DNA from: Callorhinchus milii
Taxonomy: Eukaryota
Length of the DNA stretch: 64,000 nucleotides
Assembly (NCBI RefSeq): GCF_018977255.1
Contig: NW_024704742.1
Coordinates: 86,182,001 to 86,246,000, forward strand
Direction of reading: 5' to 3'
Part shown: positions 38,432-51,698 of the stretch, piece after piece
Layout of the letters: each line of letters opens with the position of its first letter
Position numbering within the stretch: the first letter of the stretch is position 1
Translations under genes and position numbers: made by a program
Notes under the pieces: generated by a model
The model's input: the letters and a program-made list of their open reading frames with translations, nothing else
Databases searched by the model: none
What the model was told of the DNA's origin: nothing

Positions 38432-41400
38432 TTCTCACCAGCCATGCCTTCAGGCATATGAAGGTAGCCACAGCTATCGCTTTCTATCAGGTAGAGAATA
38501 TATACTGGGATCATTAGGAAGAAGACAATGGGAAAAGAAGGTGAAAGTAGGATGTTTAAAGGCTCAGATGAGCTGTGTGCTCATGTGCTGTGTGAGTTAC
38601 ATATAAAATACTTGTTTGACTCTGGTCTTTTCCAGGACCCCCACTCCCCCTCTATCCCACCATCAACGGGTGAGCTTTCAGCTGCTTTGCCACTGCTCTC
38701 TGGAGCATTCTGCCAAAATCCCACCATCTCCCTTCCACCCCCACCCTCCCCACTTTCAAAGCTCGTCTAAAAATACAATCTCTTCAATTGCATCTTTGGC
38801 CATTCACCAACCCCCCCCCCCCCCCCCCCGTATTTTCCACTCTCCTTGTATTCTCACTTCACCATCTCTATAAAGCACTTTGAGACATTCTTCTATAAGC
38901 GAAGGGCTTTTTTTGCGAAGATGAATATGTGGGGGTTGGGGGGGTGCGGTTTGTATTAACTTTAAAAACAAAAAACAAATAAAAATAAGACTTGGATAAA
39001 AATTCAAGGAGTAAAATGAATGATTGCGTCTCTTAACAGAAGTGGGTGCCAGGCCACGGCCTGTTATGTGAGGCGCGGGAGGAAGGAGACCTGCTGTCCT
39101 GTCTAGTGTTTCTCCTCAGCACAAAAGCACAAGTGGACCTCATCCAAGTGCAGAGTGGGTATCCATGACAACAGGAAAATTATCTGTAGATAAGTTCTTT
39201 TGTCTATTATACACTCCATTCAGCATTTTCTCATACATCAACAACTTAGGTGCTGTTTAACAAAGAATTTGAGTTCTTTGCTTATGTATCCTAGCAGCTG
39301 TTGAGCTGGCAGGTGTGTGTGTATATGTGTGTGGGTGTGGGGGGAGTGGGAGGCAGGGGGTTGGAGGGAAGAGAGGGCTTTTATTCTGAAGCTAATTAAA
39401 GTTGAACTTGTGTTGGTTGATAACCTGTAAAGATTAAAGTAGCTGGTTCGAGCCGTTTTTCTAAGGGCTTTATGGTTTTAAACCAATACTCCTCTTGTTT
39501 TCCTAATCGTATTCAGGTACTTGAAGGGTACGTGATCAGATGATGCCTGGTACAGTACTCAGTGGTTTCATTCTTCCCCCGATTAATAATATCTGGCTTG
39601 CATGCAGATTAATTTCGGCATTAGCATGCTGTTTCTGCGAAGGGATTAATTTTCTGAGGTGGAATTATAAGGTCGCCAAATGTTCTGAGCGCGTTATCGT
39701 GTTTTCACATGCGTGGGTCTGAAACTGGCCAAGCAGGGCATGTGCCAGGGAAATCAAAGTTTCAGCCTTTGTTCTTCATCAGGCACTGGATTAAAGGCTC
39801 AACCCAGATTCATTTTTTTTGGGGGGGAATAAATGTCTGCAGATCTTGCATTGCACCTAATCCTGCTGCACATACCAGGTACCTAATGGGCCCAGACCCA
39901 ATGGCTTAAGGTTTTTTTTAACCGGTTTTGCTGGAATGAGTTTAGTGTTCAGTGGGCAGTCCTGTCTGTCATGAGTACAAGCAGAGCCGAGTGAGAAGCA
40001 GCACGGTGATGTGTGAAGGCTGCTGAGAGTGAAAGTACATGGCACCAGAATGCTCCGTTGTACAGTGAAGACCTTCCTCAGGTATCAGTATGTCTTCGAT
40101 ATTTAATTCTCTATTTAACAGAGTAGCTATTCTTTCTACCTGTGAATATATGAAATGCAACAATGCTGAAGTGCACAGTTTAGCACTGAACAACTTCTAC
40201 AATAGAGAACTTTATCTCTTGCAAAATATATTCTACAGTCAATAGCCATGAGTGCAAAACCTTTTTTCAGTCCTTTGTAATTGAAACTGATCATGTTTTC
40301 TTAAACATACGGAGCAATTGCTGTACGTTTGCCACAGTAGAACATTTGTTTCCAGGGAAGTTTGTCTGCTATTTTTAATAGCTTAGCTTTACCTAATTGA
40401 TTCTTATAGCAATTTATTCCTCACCTGAGGATTTGTGTCGAGTGTACACAGACAAGCATTCACATAGAACAATTTTAACACGAAAAGCTGTACAACTCTG
40501 GTAATTGGTGGCTGGGAGACATTTTTGGAGGGTTCGAGATCAACAAAGTGCTGAAGCACCTTGTGGGTTTGTGTTTCGGAAAGGGGTGGCTAATTATTAT
40601 TAGTTTGGTTAAATCCTAGCAGAATGCTTTCCTAACTTCATTCACAAGTGAAGGACAGGTAACTATTATATCTGAAAGAGTACAGCGATCTTTTGCCTGA
40701 TGTTGAATTGTTCACCCTCCCACGCATACACACAAACAAATGTCTCAGTTGAAAACAATACAATTGTATATGAAGAAAACCTTCATTTAAAGGACACGAA
40801 CATAGTGTTTAGTTTACCTGCCCTCTGCCAAACGTTCCATGTTTATGTCAGATTAACCTGTATCAGAATTCATGCAGACTGATAACCTCTGAATTGGCAG
40901 AAGAAATAACCCCCACAGAAATGCACGGGGGATTTCTGACATCCAATAAACTGAAGCTGCATTTCAGAAATATATTTAAGTGGACTAAATCTTGTGATTG
41001 AAACAAAATTGTAGATTGTTGGATCACAATTCTCGCAGTTCTGTGTATCATATTCTGCCTGAATAAAAAAACTCCATTATCTCATCTTATTTCCTGGCTG
41101 TTGTGTTCAACAGTTTTTTTTCCTCTTTTACTGACAGCAGAGGTGATGTTCTCAACCAGGTAACGTAGACAATCAGGACAATTTGGATGCTGTTACTAGT
41201 TTCTGGACAATTTTTAAAGAAAAACGATAAAGCTTCACGGGATTCAATGCGTTGGACTAGAAAAGGTATCATTCAAGGTGTTGCTTTGTTGCTCCATAAT
41301 ACGCAAAACATACAGTCCCAAAGAATATGCAGTCTATTCACTTTACAGTATATTCTGTGAAATGCTTTGAGACATTTCAACTATGTGATAAAGTGCTATA

Positions 41401-44400
41401 TCAAATGCAAGGATTATTATTATTATAAAAAATGTGCATGTGGGTTGTGGGGCTATGAAAGTAACAGCCATATGGTAAAACAAGTCTCAGTTCCCCTTGG
41501 GTCACAGATTTCCATTGTGGGAGCCAGGTTTTACAGTACATGTCATAAAGAGATTAGTCATTCGGAATCTCACAATGTCACCTCTTTAAATCTTCACGAC
41601 TATTTTCTGCAGAATGCATAGTTGATACATTAGAATTATTTTTAAAACAATGACTGTTTTTCTTTAGCTACATTTAGTCGGGGTGACAATTTTGGAAAAC
41701 AGACTATTTTCTATTGCAGATCTTTCTTGGTTTCCTTCAGGTCTGTTAGCACCAAGACTTCAAGCCAGATATATCCATAGCCAGATGTATCCATAGTGCC
41801 ATGAGGATGCTATAAAACAGCTGAAATGTTTTTTTTTGGGGTGGGGAAAGTGGTGGGGGGTGAGGGGGCAAGGGGGCGGGGGAAAGATACCGTCTTTTCA
41901 GCTGGCATATATATTTTGATCACACGCCAATGGAATGAGTGAATGGGACATCTCGTTCCTTTACAAACTTTTCTGCACTGAGATAATGTGGTAAGTATCA
42001 AAGCTACTACAGGCAAGTCAGAGTCAAGTCACATTCTGTAATACTCATTCACCATGGAGCCCTCACAATGAGTCTGGCAGCACTACTGAAACCTAATCTT
42101 CATGTGAAGAAGAGAAAAGGTATTTTATTGTTGCGTCAGTGGCATTTCTTTTTATTCAATGAGTTTCTTACAATGCTTCTCTGTTGTATAACTAAATAAA
42201 TCAAATGCAGCCAACCGCTTACCTTTAAAGTCTTCCTGTGGGAATATTCCGGTGGGAGTATTCTTATGGAAACTCCTTAAAGGTTATTCATTTTCATTAG
42301 GAATTTTGTGGGACCCTGAGATCAAATTTTGGGGACAAACTTGTGAAGGTTTCTACATTCCATTATTACCTGAAGCTGGCACAGATGTTCAAAGTCCATG
42401 TAACATACTGCACTGTATTCCCCTTTTGTAGGACACACCAGCAGAGAACCTTTAGGTTACAGAAAGGCCACATGTAGTTTTCCTTTTTGCTTGCATGCCA
42501 AGGGAATCTATACATTATCTCTAGGCTTTCTATTCATAACCTATGAACATTGCTCTTGGATTTGCCAGTGGGTTCTTTCCAAATATACAAAGTTCTGCAT
42601 ATAATAATAATAATGTTATACAGTAATAGTGCATGCTGGCGTATCGTAACAATATAGAATATATGCAATTCTCAGCCCAGTGAATAGAAATAAGTTTTGA
42701 AAATATTCTTGATACATCAAGTGTTAGAGTACATATAATCAATGAAATATTTTTCTAAATATATTAATTTCACGTTTTTGTGCACAAGACTCTTTTGAAG
42801 CATATAAACAACAACAAGAAATTGCACTTACATAGTGCCCTCCACATATGGTAGCACATAAAAGCAAACACTATTAGATTGGGAGTTAGATCTGCCATTT
42901 GTGTGTCACTGACATAAGCTTTAAAGTGGGTTCATTCTCTGACAACTGTGTATACACATCCAAAAATCAATCTTGTTTAAGCTTATTGAATGACACTGTT
43001 TACATTTCTTCACAAAGAATGTTTGAATGGATCCTTCTGCATTGACATTGACTTCCAAAAGATCAAATGATTTTTGTCTTGTTCCTTTGCATATTCTTAA
43101 ACTAATCTCAAATTCTGAAGTTTTCTTCACGCAATCTCAAGCCCTGAAAGATTAAAGAGAAATGTCTGATAAAATTGAATAGATTTTTTTACATTCCAGT
43201 CAGCCTCATTAAGTCAAAAAAACAAAATTGACGCAATCTGCAGTAACTGGTTGGGTAGCCTGAGACTATATTCCCTCCAGTTCTGGGGACTGGTGGGAAT
43301 TATCAAACTAATTAATAAGAGCTTAACAAAGGAAAACCCAAATGAAATGTCAGCTGGAGTTGAACTCTTTAGTACAGTAGGCTGAACATGTCAGTCCTTC
43401 CATGTGCGCATTCAGCTTTGACAAGTGATTTGATACTCCAGCTTTAATGGAGTTAATGATGGCTTAATGGTACCCTGCGGAATGGGCTGAGTAAGGAATT
43501 GGTGTCAGTCCACAATTGGTCTCTCAAAGAGTCATTAGTGCTCCTTCGATGTACGGAAACCATGGTAGAAAGGATCGCCCCGACGGGTGGTAGGGGCTGT
43601 TTGCTTTGTAAACTTTACCCAGAGAGTAATTTTTTCTTGTTGTGGGGAAATTTAAGCCCTTTCCCCCCTCTTTTCTCTTTAATGAGATTTTCTGTCTGTT
43701 CCTCCATCAGCACTCTCCCAGCATCATCAAACTCTGCCGAGAGGATGTGGGTGACCTGCTACCATCCCCATGCCGATGAAACACTGACACTGCCCGTGCC
43801 CCTGCCCAACACTGTCCTACAGTAAATGTAGCTCAGATCAATAGCTCAGTACATGATCATGAAAGCTAAAGGGTACTCCATTGCACTCCGCCACCCTTAC
43901 CACCCCACTGAGTCAGCTTGGCAAAAAGAGAGGCTGTTTAACATGAGCCAAGCAGGACAGATACCTGCTCCTAGTGCCTGCTCTGCCCTTCCCCGTCTTG
44001 GAAATGAGCCAGGCTGGCGGGTCTGTCATCAGCAGAGCCTTGTACTGTGGACCTACCTGACTCAGGAATCAGACAGCTGCGTCCTTCACAGATTATTGAC
44101 TCAATTCCAATTTTCTGTTGCCAAGCATGTCAACTTGGAGCCAGGTCACCTCCGAAGAGATACGTTTAGCCTCTCTCACCCACAACGATAACTAAGTTCT
44201 TAGTATATACACTTCTAAGCAGATTCACCCATTTTTCTACTGTTCCAGCTCCAAGGTCTCATAAAATAAAAGTAGCTCGTCCTCTGATAACAGACTTTTA
44301 ATGACAATTTGACTCATCAAGAACTCCTATAGAAGCTATTAGATTCACCAATCACATTTCCTTAATCACAAGCTTTTTGCATTTATGCTTGCCAAAAACA

Positions 44401-46389
44401 ACCATGTAGAGGGATTAAAGACGAGGATTGGGGATTACTTCTCCATATTTTTGCTTTTAATTTGCTTAGATTGGTTCAGACATTGTTGTGCATAACTGAC
44501 TGCTGCTTTTCGCCCACAAAATATACAGCCAATCCACTTTACAGTATACTCTGAGATTCGCTTTGAGACATCTTGACGACATGATAAAGAGCTACATCAA
44601 CTGCAAGGAGTATTTATTAGATTTGCTTTAGTGGCAGGAGAATGTAGCTGGGAATTGAACTCTTTTCTGATTGGGATGTCCTCCCGACACGAAAGGGGGG
44701 GAGAAATATACGTACTGGTACAGGGAATTAGTTACTCTCCTACAATATTAACCATCATACATTTGAACGCTTGCCAGCTTTTAATGAATAAGTTACATTA
44801 TTTGTTAAATCCCAGGGATGTTTTTTGGGGGGGCTGGGGAGGGGGCTAATTCTTACACTGATGCAGATATTGTATGCAAGGCTAAATTTATTGGAAATTT
44901 TGGATCTTATCATGGTGTCTTTTGATATCTGCTCCATTTTATCAGGGAAAACTGTCTGGGAACACATTTGAAATCTTCAATTAAATTGTGTTTCGAGAGA
45001 GAAGGGCTTAAGCTTTTGCATGAGTATGTGAGCACATATAAGAGTATTAACATTACCAGCTGGTTCCTGAGGCTTCCTTTCTATTCTCGTCTTTGCTTTT
45101 GCTATATACTTAGAGGAAATTTTAGATGCAGTGTTGATGTTCAAGCCTCTTAATGAGTACTTTGCGTGAAGCTATCCTCACCTGTTCAGCTGGTAGGACT
45201 CTGGATTACAAGGAACAGTGCCTAGTTCTGCTGAAAGGGCTTCCTGACAAAGCTAGATTGAGGTTGGTTTAAATAGCAGAAATTAATTAATCCTGGAGGT
45301 TAGATTGGTGGGGTGTGGACCAGAAGGAAGTTGCCTGTAAACCATTGATTGACAGAGTAAAACCAACACTGAACTTCCTCAGAAGGTAAGAATGAGACAA
45401 GTCAATTAGATTCATCTAGCTCAGTTTAGTTCATTGTAAAAGCCCAGCTTGTATTTGAAGACCTCTAGCCAGCATTTAGAAAGACTGACCTAATCATACA
45501 CAGATTATAAGGCTGTAAGGGGAGAAAGGAGTGGGTAATGCCAGCAGCCTGTGTGAGGTTTTCTTAATTCTGACATATTCAGTGCAGTTCTAGTCTTCTG
45601 ATTCTCTTCTGTGATAACAAATGAATGCATTTGTGGAATACATGCAATTGGTAGCTGACAATTATCGAAGACTTCAAAGTCAGCAGTACAGTGCCCATTA
45701 TCGTCTGATGCATCTCAACAGGGATTGCAAAAACCCAATCGAGGTCATCTCTTGTTTTTTAAATCCTATTTAATTTTATTTTCGGAAAGAAAAGGGTCTG
45801 GAATCAGAGTATCATAAAATGAAGACGGCAACAGGAATAAAGAAAACTTGGTTTAATTAAGGATCAGTTGGCTGGCTGCTCATTATTTTCTATTGGAATA
45901 ACCTTTCATTCTAAAGCTCCTGTGATTTGGTTTCCCACTGATAACAACAGGAATGAAAGGCAGTGGACGGACTACAAAGTTCCCAGTTTGAAATGAATTG
46001 CTGAAGTTTTACTTACTCCTGAAGGGCTGTGCAAATAATAAGACATGAGAAAGTTATTAAAAATACTGAAAAGTCAACTTTTTACAGAATGCACATTAGC
46101 AAGGCAATAGACTGAAAAATACCATGTTTCATAACAGATTTGATAATTATCAAATGGGTCATCAAAACATCACATTTTCAGCCTGTTGTTTTTATCAGTG
46201 GGTGAAGAGGTTGGCTTCATAGTGGCTTGTGCTGAAGTTTGTTCACATAGTCCAAGGTTTATGTGAGATTAGTGTGTTCACAAATGATTTTGGCAGGTGA
46301 AAAATCCATACTGACCATGCTATTAGTGAGTGCCATCCTAACCTTGATATTCGGAATGTCTTCAAATGTATACAAGAGGGGGATGTGCA

Positions 46390-48022
46390 TCAAATAGAAG
46401 GGATAGATATAGAAAAGGAAATGGTGCTAAAGAAATTGATGGAACTCAAACAGGACAAGATACCAGAGCCTGATGATTGCATCCGAGAATGTTGAGAGAA
46501 GTTGGGAAGGAAATAGTAGATGCTCTGACTGCAATCTTTTGAACAACCTTGGATACAAAAGTTATGCCAGTAAGCTGGAGGGTAGCTATTGTAACACCTA
46601 TGTTTAAAAAGGGAGAACAGGACAAGATGAGTAATTATAGACATTTCAGACTAACATCCCTAGTCGGCAAACTTTTAGAGGCTAGATAATTTGCGATAAT
46701 ATTAATAACCACTTGGAAAGACATGGATTGATTTGGACACAGATTTATTAAAGGTAAGTATTGCTCCACAAATCTAATAGTTCTTTGATAAAATAACCAA
46801 GAGAATAGATAAAGGTAATGCTGTGGATGTGGTATGTACAGATTTTCAGAAGCTTGTGATAAGGCTTGAGGATCCATGGTATTAATTGGGACATCCTCCC
46901 GATGTGAAAAGCGCTATACAAATGTAATTTTGTACGGTGTTTTGTATTAATTGGAGGAAGCAGCATAGATAGAAAGTTGGTTAAAGGAAATGGAGGGTGG
47001 AAATATAGGGTTGTTATTCACAATGGAGTTAGTGGTGTCCACTAGGGGGTAAGAGTTAAGAGCACAATTTTCTCCATTATATAACTGATTTGGATTGCAG
47101 ATCAGTTGTATAAGTGCACAATTTCTCATTTTGCAGATGCCACAGAAGTAAGGAATACTGCTAACAGCAAAAACGATTGTAAGCAAATACACGTGGACAT
47201 AAACAGATTATATGATGGGGCAGAAGAATGGCAATTAAATTTAATGCTGGTAAAAGTGAGATTATACATTTTGAGAGGAAGAATAAGGAGAGCAAGTGTA
47301 TGTTAGGTAATAATATTTTAAAAGGTGTGGAAGAGCAGAAGGGGTTAGCATACATAAATCCTTACAGTTAAGAAGGCAGGTGAACAAAACTGTCAAGAAA
47401 GCAAACAGAATCCTAGGTTTTATAAATAGAAATAGAGATTATAAAACCAAGGAGGTAACACTAAACTTATGAATCATTAGTTAGCCCATAGTTAGAATAT
47501 TGTGTCCAGTATTAGTCACCCAACTTCAGGAAAGACCTCAAGGCAATAAAGCAGGTTCAGAGGAGATTTACTAGAATGATACTGGGGGATGAGTGGTTTG
47601 GCCTATGAGCAAAGACTGGAAGAACTGGGATTATTCCATTGGAACAAAGAAGGTTGAGGTGTGACTTGATAGAGGTCTTTAAAATTATGAGGTGTTTTGA
47701 CAGTCAATAAGGAGAAATTGTTTCGACTAGTCAGGAAAGGGCAGCAATTTAAAAAGATGAGCAAACGAGCAATTTGGGAGATGAGGAGAATTTTTCCTAA
47801 ACATAGTACTCATAGTTGTAATGCCCTGAGGGGAGCGATGGTTGAGGCAAAATCCACGGTAGATTTCAAAAGTGAACGAGATGAATATTTAAAAAGGAGT
47901 CAACTACAGTGGGATGAGGAAAGGGCAGGTAAACGGGCCTGAAAGTATTGCTCTTAAAGGAGCCAGCAAAGGCACAATGGGCTGAATAGCATTCTTGTGT
48001 GCTGTAAATTTCTATGGTTCTC
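46390..48022 (+). mobile_element. Degenerate CR1 LINE (RT region to 3' end) with a short L2 tail nested at about 46887-46935
   Basis: Remnant motifs PMFKKG, NYR...LTSLVGKLLE, AVDVV..DFQK, FADAT, LEYCVQ, VQRRFTRMI and RRLR.DLIEVFKIM, with many stops and frameshifts. Confidence 0.88.
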
Positions 48023-49017
48023 TCTTTAAAACAAAACCTCAATTTCCAGAAAGTTAGGCGACTTTGTCAAAAACAGCTAAAATGTTTTGTTGTATCTGAT
48101 AAGACAATCTGGTATTATAATGTCTGCATCGCTCATATAAACATGTGCATCTGATTTTCCTGCACATAGAAATCATAGTTGGAATGCCATGTGAATTTGA
48201 ACAGTGTAACGGCAAAGGGGAAATCGTGTTGGATTTCACACTGAAAGTCTGTTGTATATAAAACTAGCTGTAACGCATGTCTTACTAAACTTCAAGAAAT
48301 TCAAAAGAATGGCTTGAAAATCCTTCAACATATGTTGTGTCCAAAGTCACTGTCATTCACTTCATGGTTGTTTGTGGGAAATCTCTGTACGCAAATTGGC
48401 TACTGGATTCGTCTACAAAAACACATGGTCATTACCATTTATGATGAATCCTGTGAAGCAGTTTGAGGTGTGCCCCTGACGTGAAAAGATGCCAAAGAGC
48501 ATTTTGTTGTACATTATGTGTTCTTCTGAGTTAAATCTCTTAAAATCTGTAGCTTTACCATCTTTGAAGTTGCAATGACACAAACTAGTGAGTGGGAGAG
48601 AATCTGCAGCATGTTAGAACTTTGCACTGACTCGAGAACCACATTAACCAGAGCACTCAGCTCAAGCAATTTATCTGTTGAGAAAAAAAATCTACAAATT
48701 GTTGATATATTTTACAAAGACAGTAACTTTTTTTATTTTAAAATATAATTTCCTGGTCATACATTTATATGTTTTTATATATTTCACTAGGTCATAAAGA
48801 CTGGGAGGTTACAGGTTGGAATCTTGATCTGTGCTGAGCTAGTTGATCTTAGCCCAGGTCCTCAGTGTCCTGGGTTAGAGAGGAGACAATCATTTAGAGT
48901 TCCTGCTCCTGTTTGCTATCCAGAGCACCTGGTGTAAAATGAACATCAAATGAGGACTGGATCAGGATGACATTCTCTGTAGTTGACCTCTGTAGTAGTT
49001 GACATTCTCTGTAGTAG

Positions 49018-49586
49018 ACCTCCACAAGCTGCAGGACATTCAGAACTCTGCAGCTCGTGTACTGTCCCGCACCAGGCTTCGTGACCACATCACTCCCACC
49101 CTCGCTTGCCTCCACTGGCTTCCCATCCCCCAGGGAATCGAATTCAAGATCCTTATCCTCACCTACAAGGCCATTCATGGCTTGTGCCCTCCTACCTCTC
49201 CGACCTACTATCCCCCGACGTACCTGCCCGTACCCTCCGTTCCTCTGGCTCCGGTCTGCTCCACATCCCCCGCCCCAACCGCCCTACCATCGGAGGCCGG
49301 TCCTTCAGCCTCTCAGCCCCGAGGCTCTGGAATTCTATTCCCCAGTACCTTCGCCGCCTCCTCCCTTTCCTCCTTCAAGGCCGGTCTCAAGACCTTTCTC
49401 TTTGACCGTACCTTCAGCTCCCCTCTCAACTCTCTACCCCCTCCTCGCCCCCTACCTTCCCTCCCCTCACCCTGACCATTTCCCCGCTGCTCGGGTCCTG
49501 ACCCAACTGTCCAGCGCTTTGGGACGTCCTCCCGACGTGAAAGGCGCTCTATAAATGGAATCTTGTTGTTGTTGTTTTTGTTGTTG
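49018..49586 (+). mobile_element. Young L2 LINE 3' end, 5'-truncated
   Basis: LHKLQDIQNSAARVLSRT...HITPTLACLHWLP...FKILILTYKAIHGL, then the 3' stem-loop and (gtt)n tail. Confidence 0.92.
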
Positions 49587-49848
49587 AGTAACTTGCCAAC
49601 ACTCACTTTCAAAGCTCAAACATACCACTTGACCAAAATACCCTAAGCATGTCTGGCACTATAGAATCATACCCCATAAAATAAAATGCAAAAAGGAGTC
49701 TGAAACCTTCTGAGTTATATTTAGTTGTATAAGCTAATCAATAAATCACAGAATGAAACATGATAAGAGTATTTGAACTGCACTGCTTTGATTACAAAGC
49801 CCATTCTATGATGGGAATTGCACTGAAGTTTTGCTCTTTTTCTTTCAG

Positions 49849-49928
49849 GCTCAGAAATCATGGATAGAGAGAGTGTTCTACAAGCGGGAATGTGTTCATA
49901 TAATACCAAGTTCCAAAGACCCCCATAG
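49849..49928 (+). CDS. TRPM3: TRPM3 internal coding exon (80 nt, phase 0/2)
   Basis: Acceptor tttttctttcag and donor AG|gtaatg. Translates [26 protein letters not shown](R), recognisable as the TRPM3 common N-terminal exon. Missed by the ORF track. Confidence 0.96.
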
Positions 49929-50043
49929 GTAATGAAAACAAAGTTCCGGGCTGAATGAATATGTACAGTCCACTCACTTCACCACACTCTGGTACATAAA
50001 TTTGCATCAGGTGGCTCAGTAATGTGTCAGCCTGGCACGGTAA

Positions 50044-50270
50044 TGTGTCAGCCTGGCTCAGTTGATAGCACTTTTGCCTCCGAGTCAGAAAGTTGGAAGT
50101 TCAAGCCCCATTTTGAAACCTGGAACTCATAAAGTCTATCCTGACACTCCACTGCAGGGCTTGGGGAGTGCTGTTTTATCAAGAGGTACCATCCTTCCGA
50201 TGAGGAGTTAATCCAAGGCCCCATCTACCAACCAGGTGGACATTAAAGATCCCACGACATTATTTGAAAT
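50044..50270 (+). mobile_element. Deu-domain SINE 5' half
   Basis: tRNA-like head tgtcagcctggctcagttgatagcac...gttcaagcccca followed by the Deu core. Confidence 0.65.
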
Positions 50271-50986
50271 GAGAATAATGTATTACAGAACATTTTTCTG
50301 ATTGCTGAGTGGATACGTGAGCTGTGGTGTCCCAGTTTGATCACTAACCTGACTTGACTGAGTTATACCATTGATTCTTGCCTGTGATCAATATTCAGTA
50401 ATGCCCCCATCCCCTGGAAATGTGTAGTCTGCAGATGCGGACAGAATCAGTTCATCTATGATGGCCAACCCTCATGGTCAAATGACTCTATTGAGATTCA
50501 TTGCCAATATCTCAGAATTTAGGAGAGTGCCTTAAAGCTGTTGGAACTGTACTTTAGTATTAGACACTGTTTAAATAAAGTGGAAAACAATCACATAATA
50601 TAGTAAGAATCTTTAAAAGCACTGATCTTAAAATATAACATTGCTCACAATTTTGGAAAACTCTTAAGTGGACCCTTATTTTGGAAAATGTTTTTCCGCC
50701 ATTCCACAGAAACGGAAATGAATAAATTTCCAAAATTCTGCACAATCTTAAATTTTTAGATTGTGGTCTTAATGGCAGGACACCAAGAGTAATTACGAGC
50801 TAAAGATTGACATTTTTTAACCTAATGATCAAATCATAGTATTTGTACTGACTTTATTTTGTGGTTCGATGTGATCTAGAAGAACTTAACAGTGCCAGTT
50901 CCTGTGGAATAAAATCTAGTGAACCTTTTGGCCTTATTTGCACAAAGGTAAATGCAACAAACACTTTTTATTTCTTCCAATGGCAG

Positions 50987-51191
50987 GTGCTGCTGTGGGC
51001 GGCTAATAGGGCAACACGTCGGACTGCCTCCAGCTATTTCCATCAGTCAGAATTACAGCATTGAAGGCAGAATCACAAAGAATGATCTCCATTCAGAGAA
51101 GTGGTCCATCGCCAAGCACACTCAGCTCAGCCCCACAGATGCCTTTGGGACCATCGAGTTCCAAGGAGGAGGACACTCCAACAAAGCTCTG
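50987..51191 (+). CDS. TRPM3: TRPM3 coding exon (205 nt, phase 2/0)
   Basis: Acceptor ttccaatggcag and donor CTG|gtaatg. Encodes [15 protein letters not shown]...[32 protein letters not shown], in frame with the flanking exons. Confidence 0.97.
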
Positions 51192-51366
51192 GTAATGAAA
51201 GCTCTCTCAGGAAGGTGGGGGCAGTGGGGGTGGGGGTGCACTTTAAACACTGCAAGATGCTAATTATTTAATGTACAACGTGGGAATGTCATGCATTATT
51301 GTTGGTTTGATTAATAATGATCATTCTCATGAAAGCAGAGTTGAACCTTCAACAAAAAGTCAACAT

Positions 51367-51698
51367 GGAGTCCTATAGAGTAGAGATTAGAGCACTTATC
51401 CTTTAATTCCCGGGCAGGGCAAACCTTAGGCAAGTTTCCTTCTCTACACGCTTCTGTTTACCTAGCAGTAAGTAGGAACCCGGTTGTTAGTCGATTAACA
51501 GATCGCTTTCCTGGGGTAATAATCCCTTAAAAAAATATATAATTTTGTCACTTAATCCACTGGTCACTGTTTGTGGGACACTGCTGTGCGCAATTGCCAC
51601 AAAATATAAAGTCAATTCAATTTACAGTGTATTATGTGAAGCGCTTTGAGACACCTCAATGGTGTGATAAGGTGCTATATCAAATGCAAGTATTATTA
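51367..51698 (+). mobile_element. tRNA-derived SINE, long form
   Basis: Internal ctgtttacctagcagtaagtaggaacccggttgttagtcgatt segment; (att) tail. Confidence 0.82.

Noticed and set aside
1..49848. TRPM3 coding first exons (MGKKW- or MPEPW-type) or a separate nested protein-coding gene
   Set aside because: No matching translation found by eye. ORF-track entries here are LINE/SINE-derived or short with no recognisable homology.
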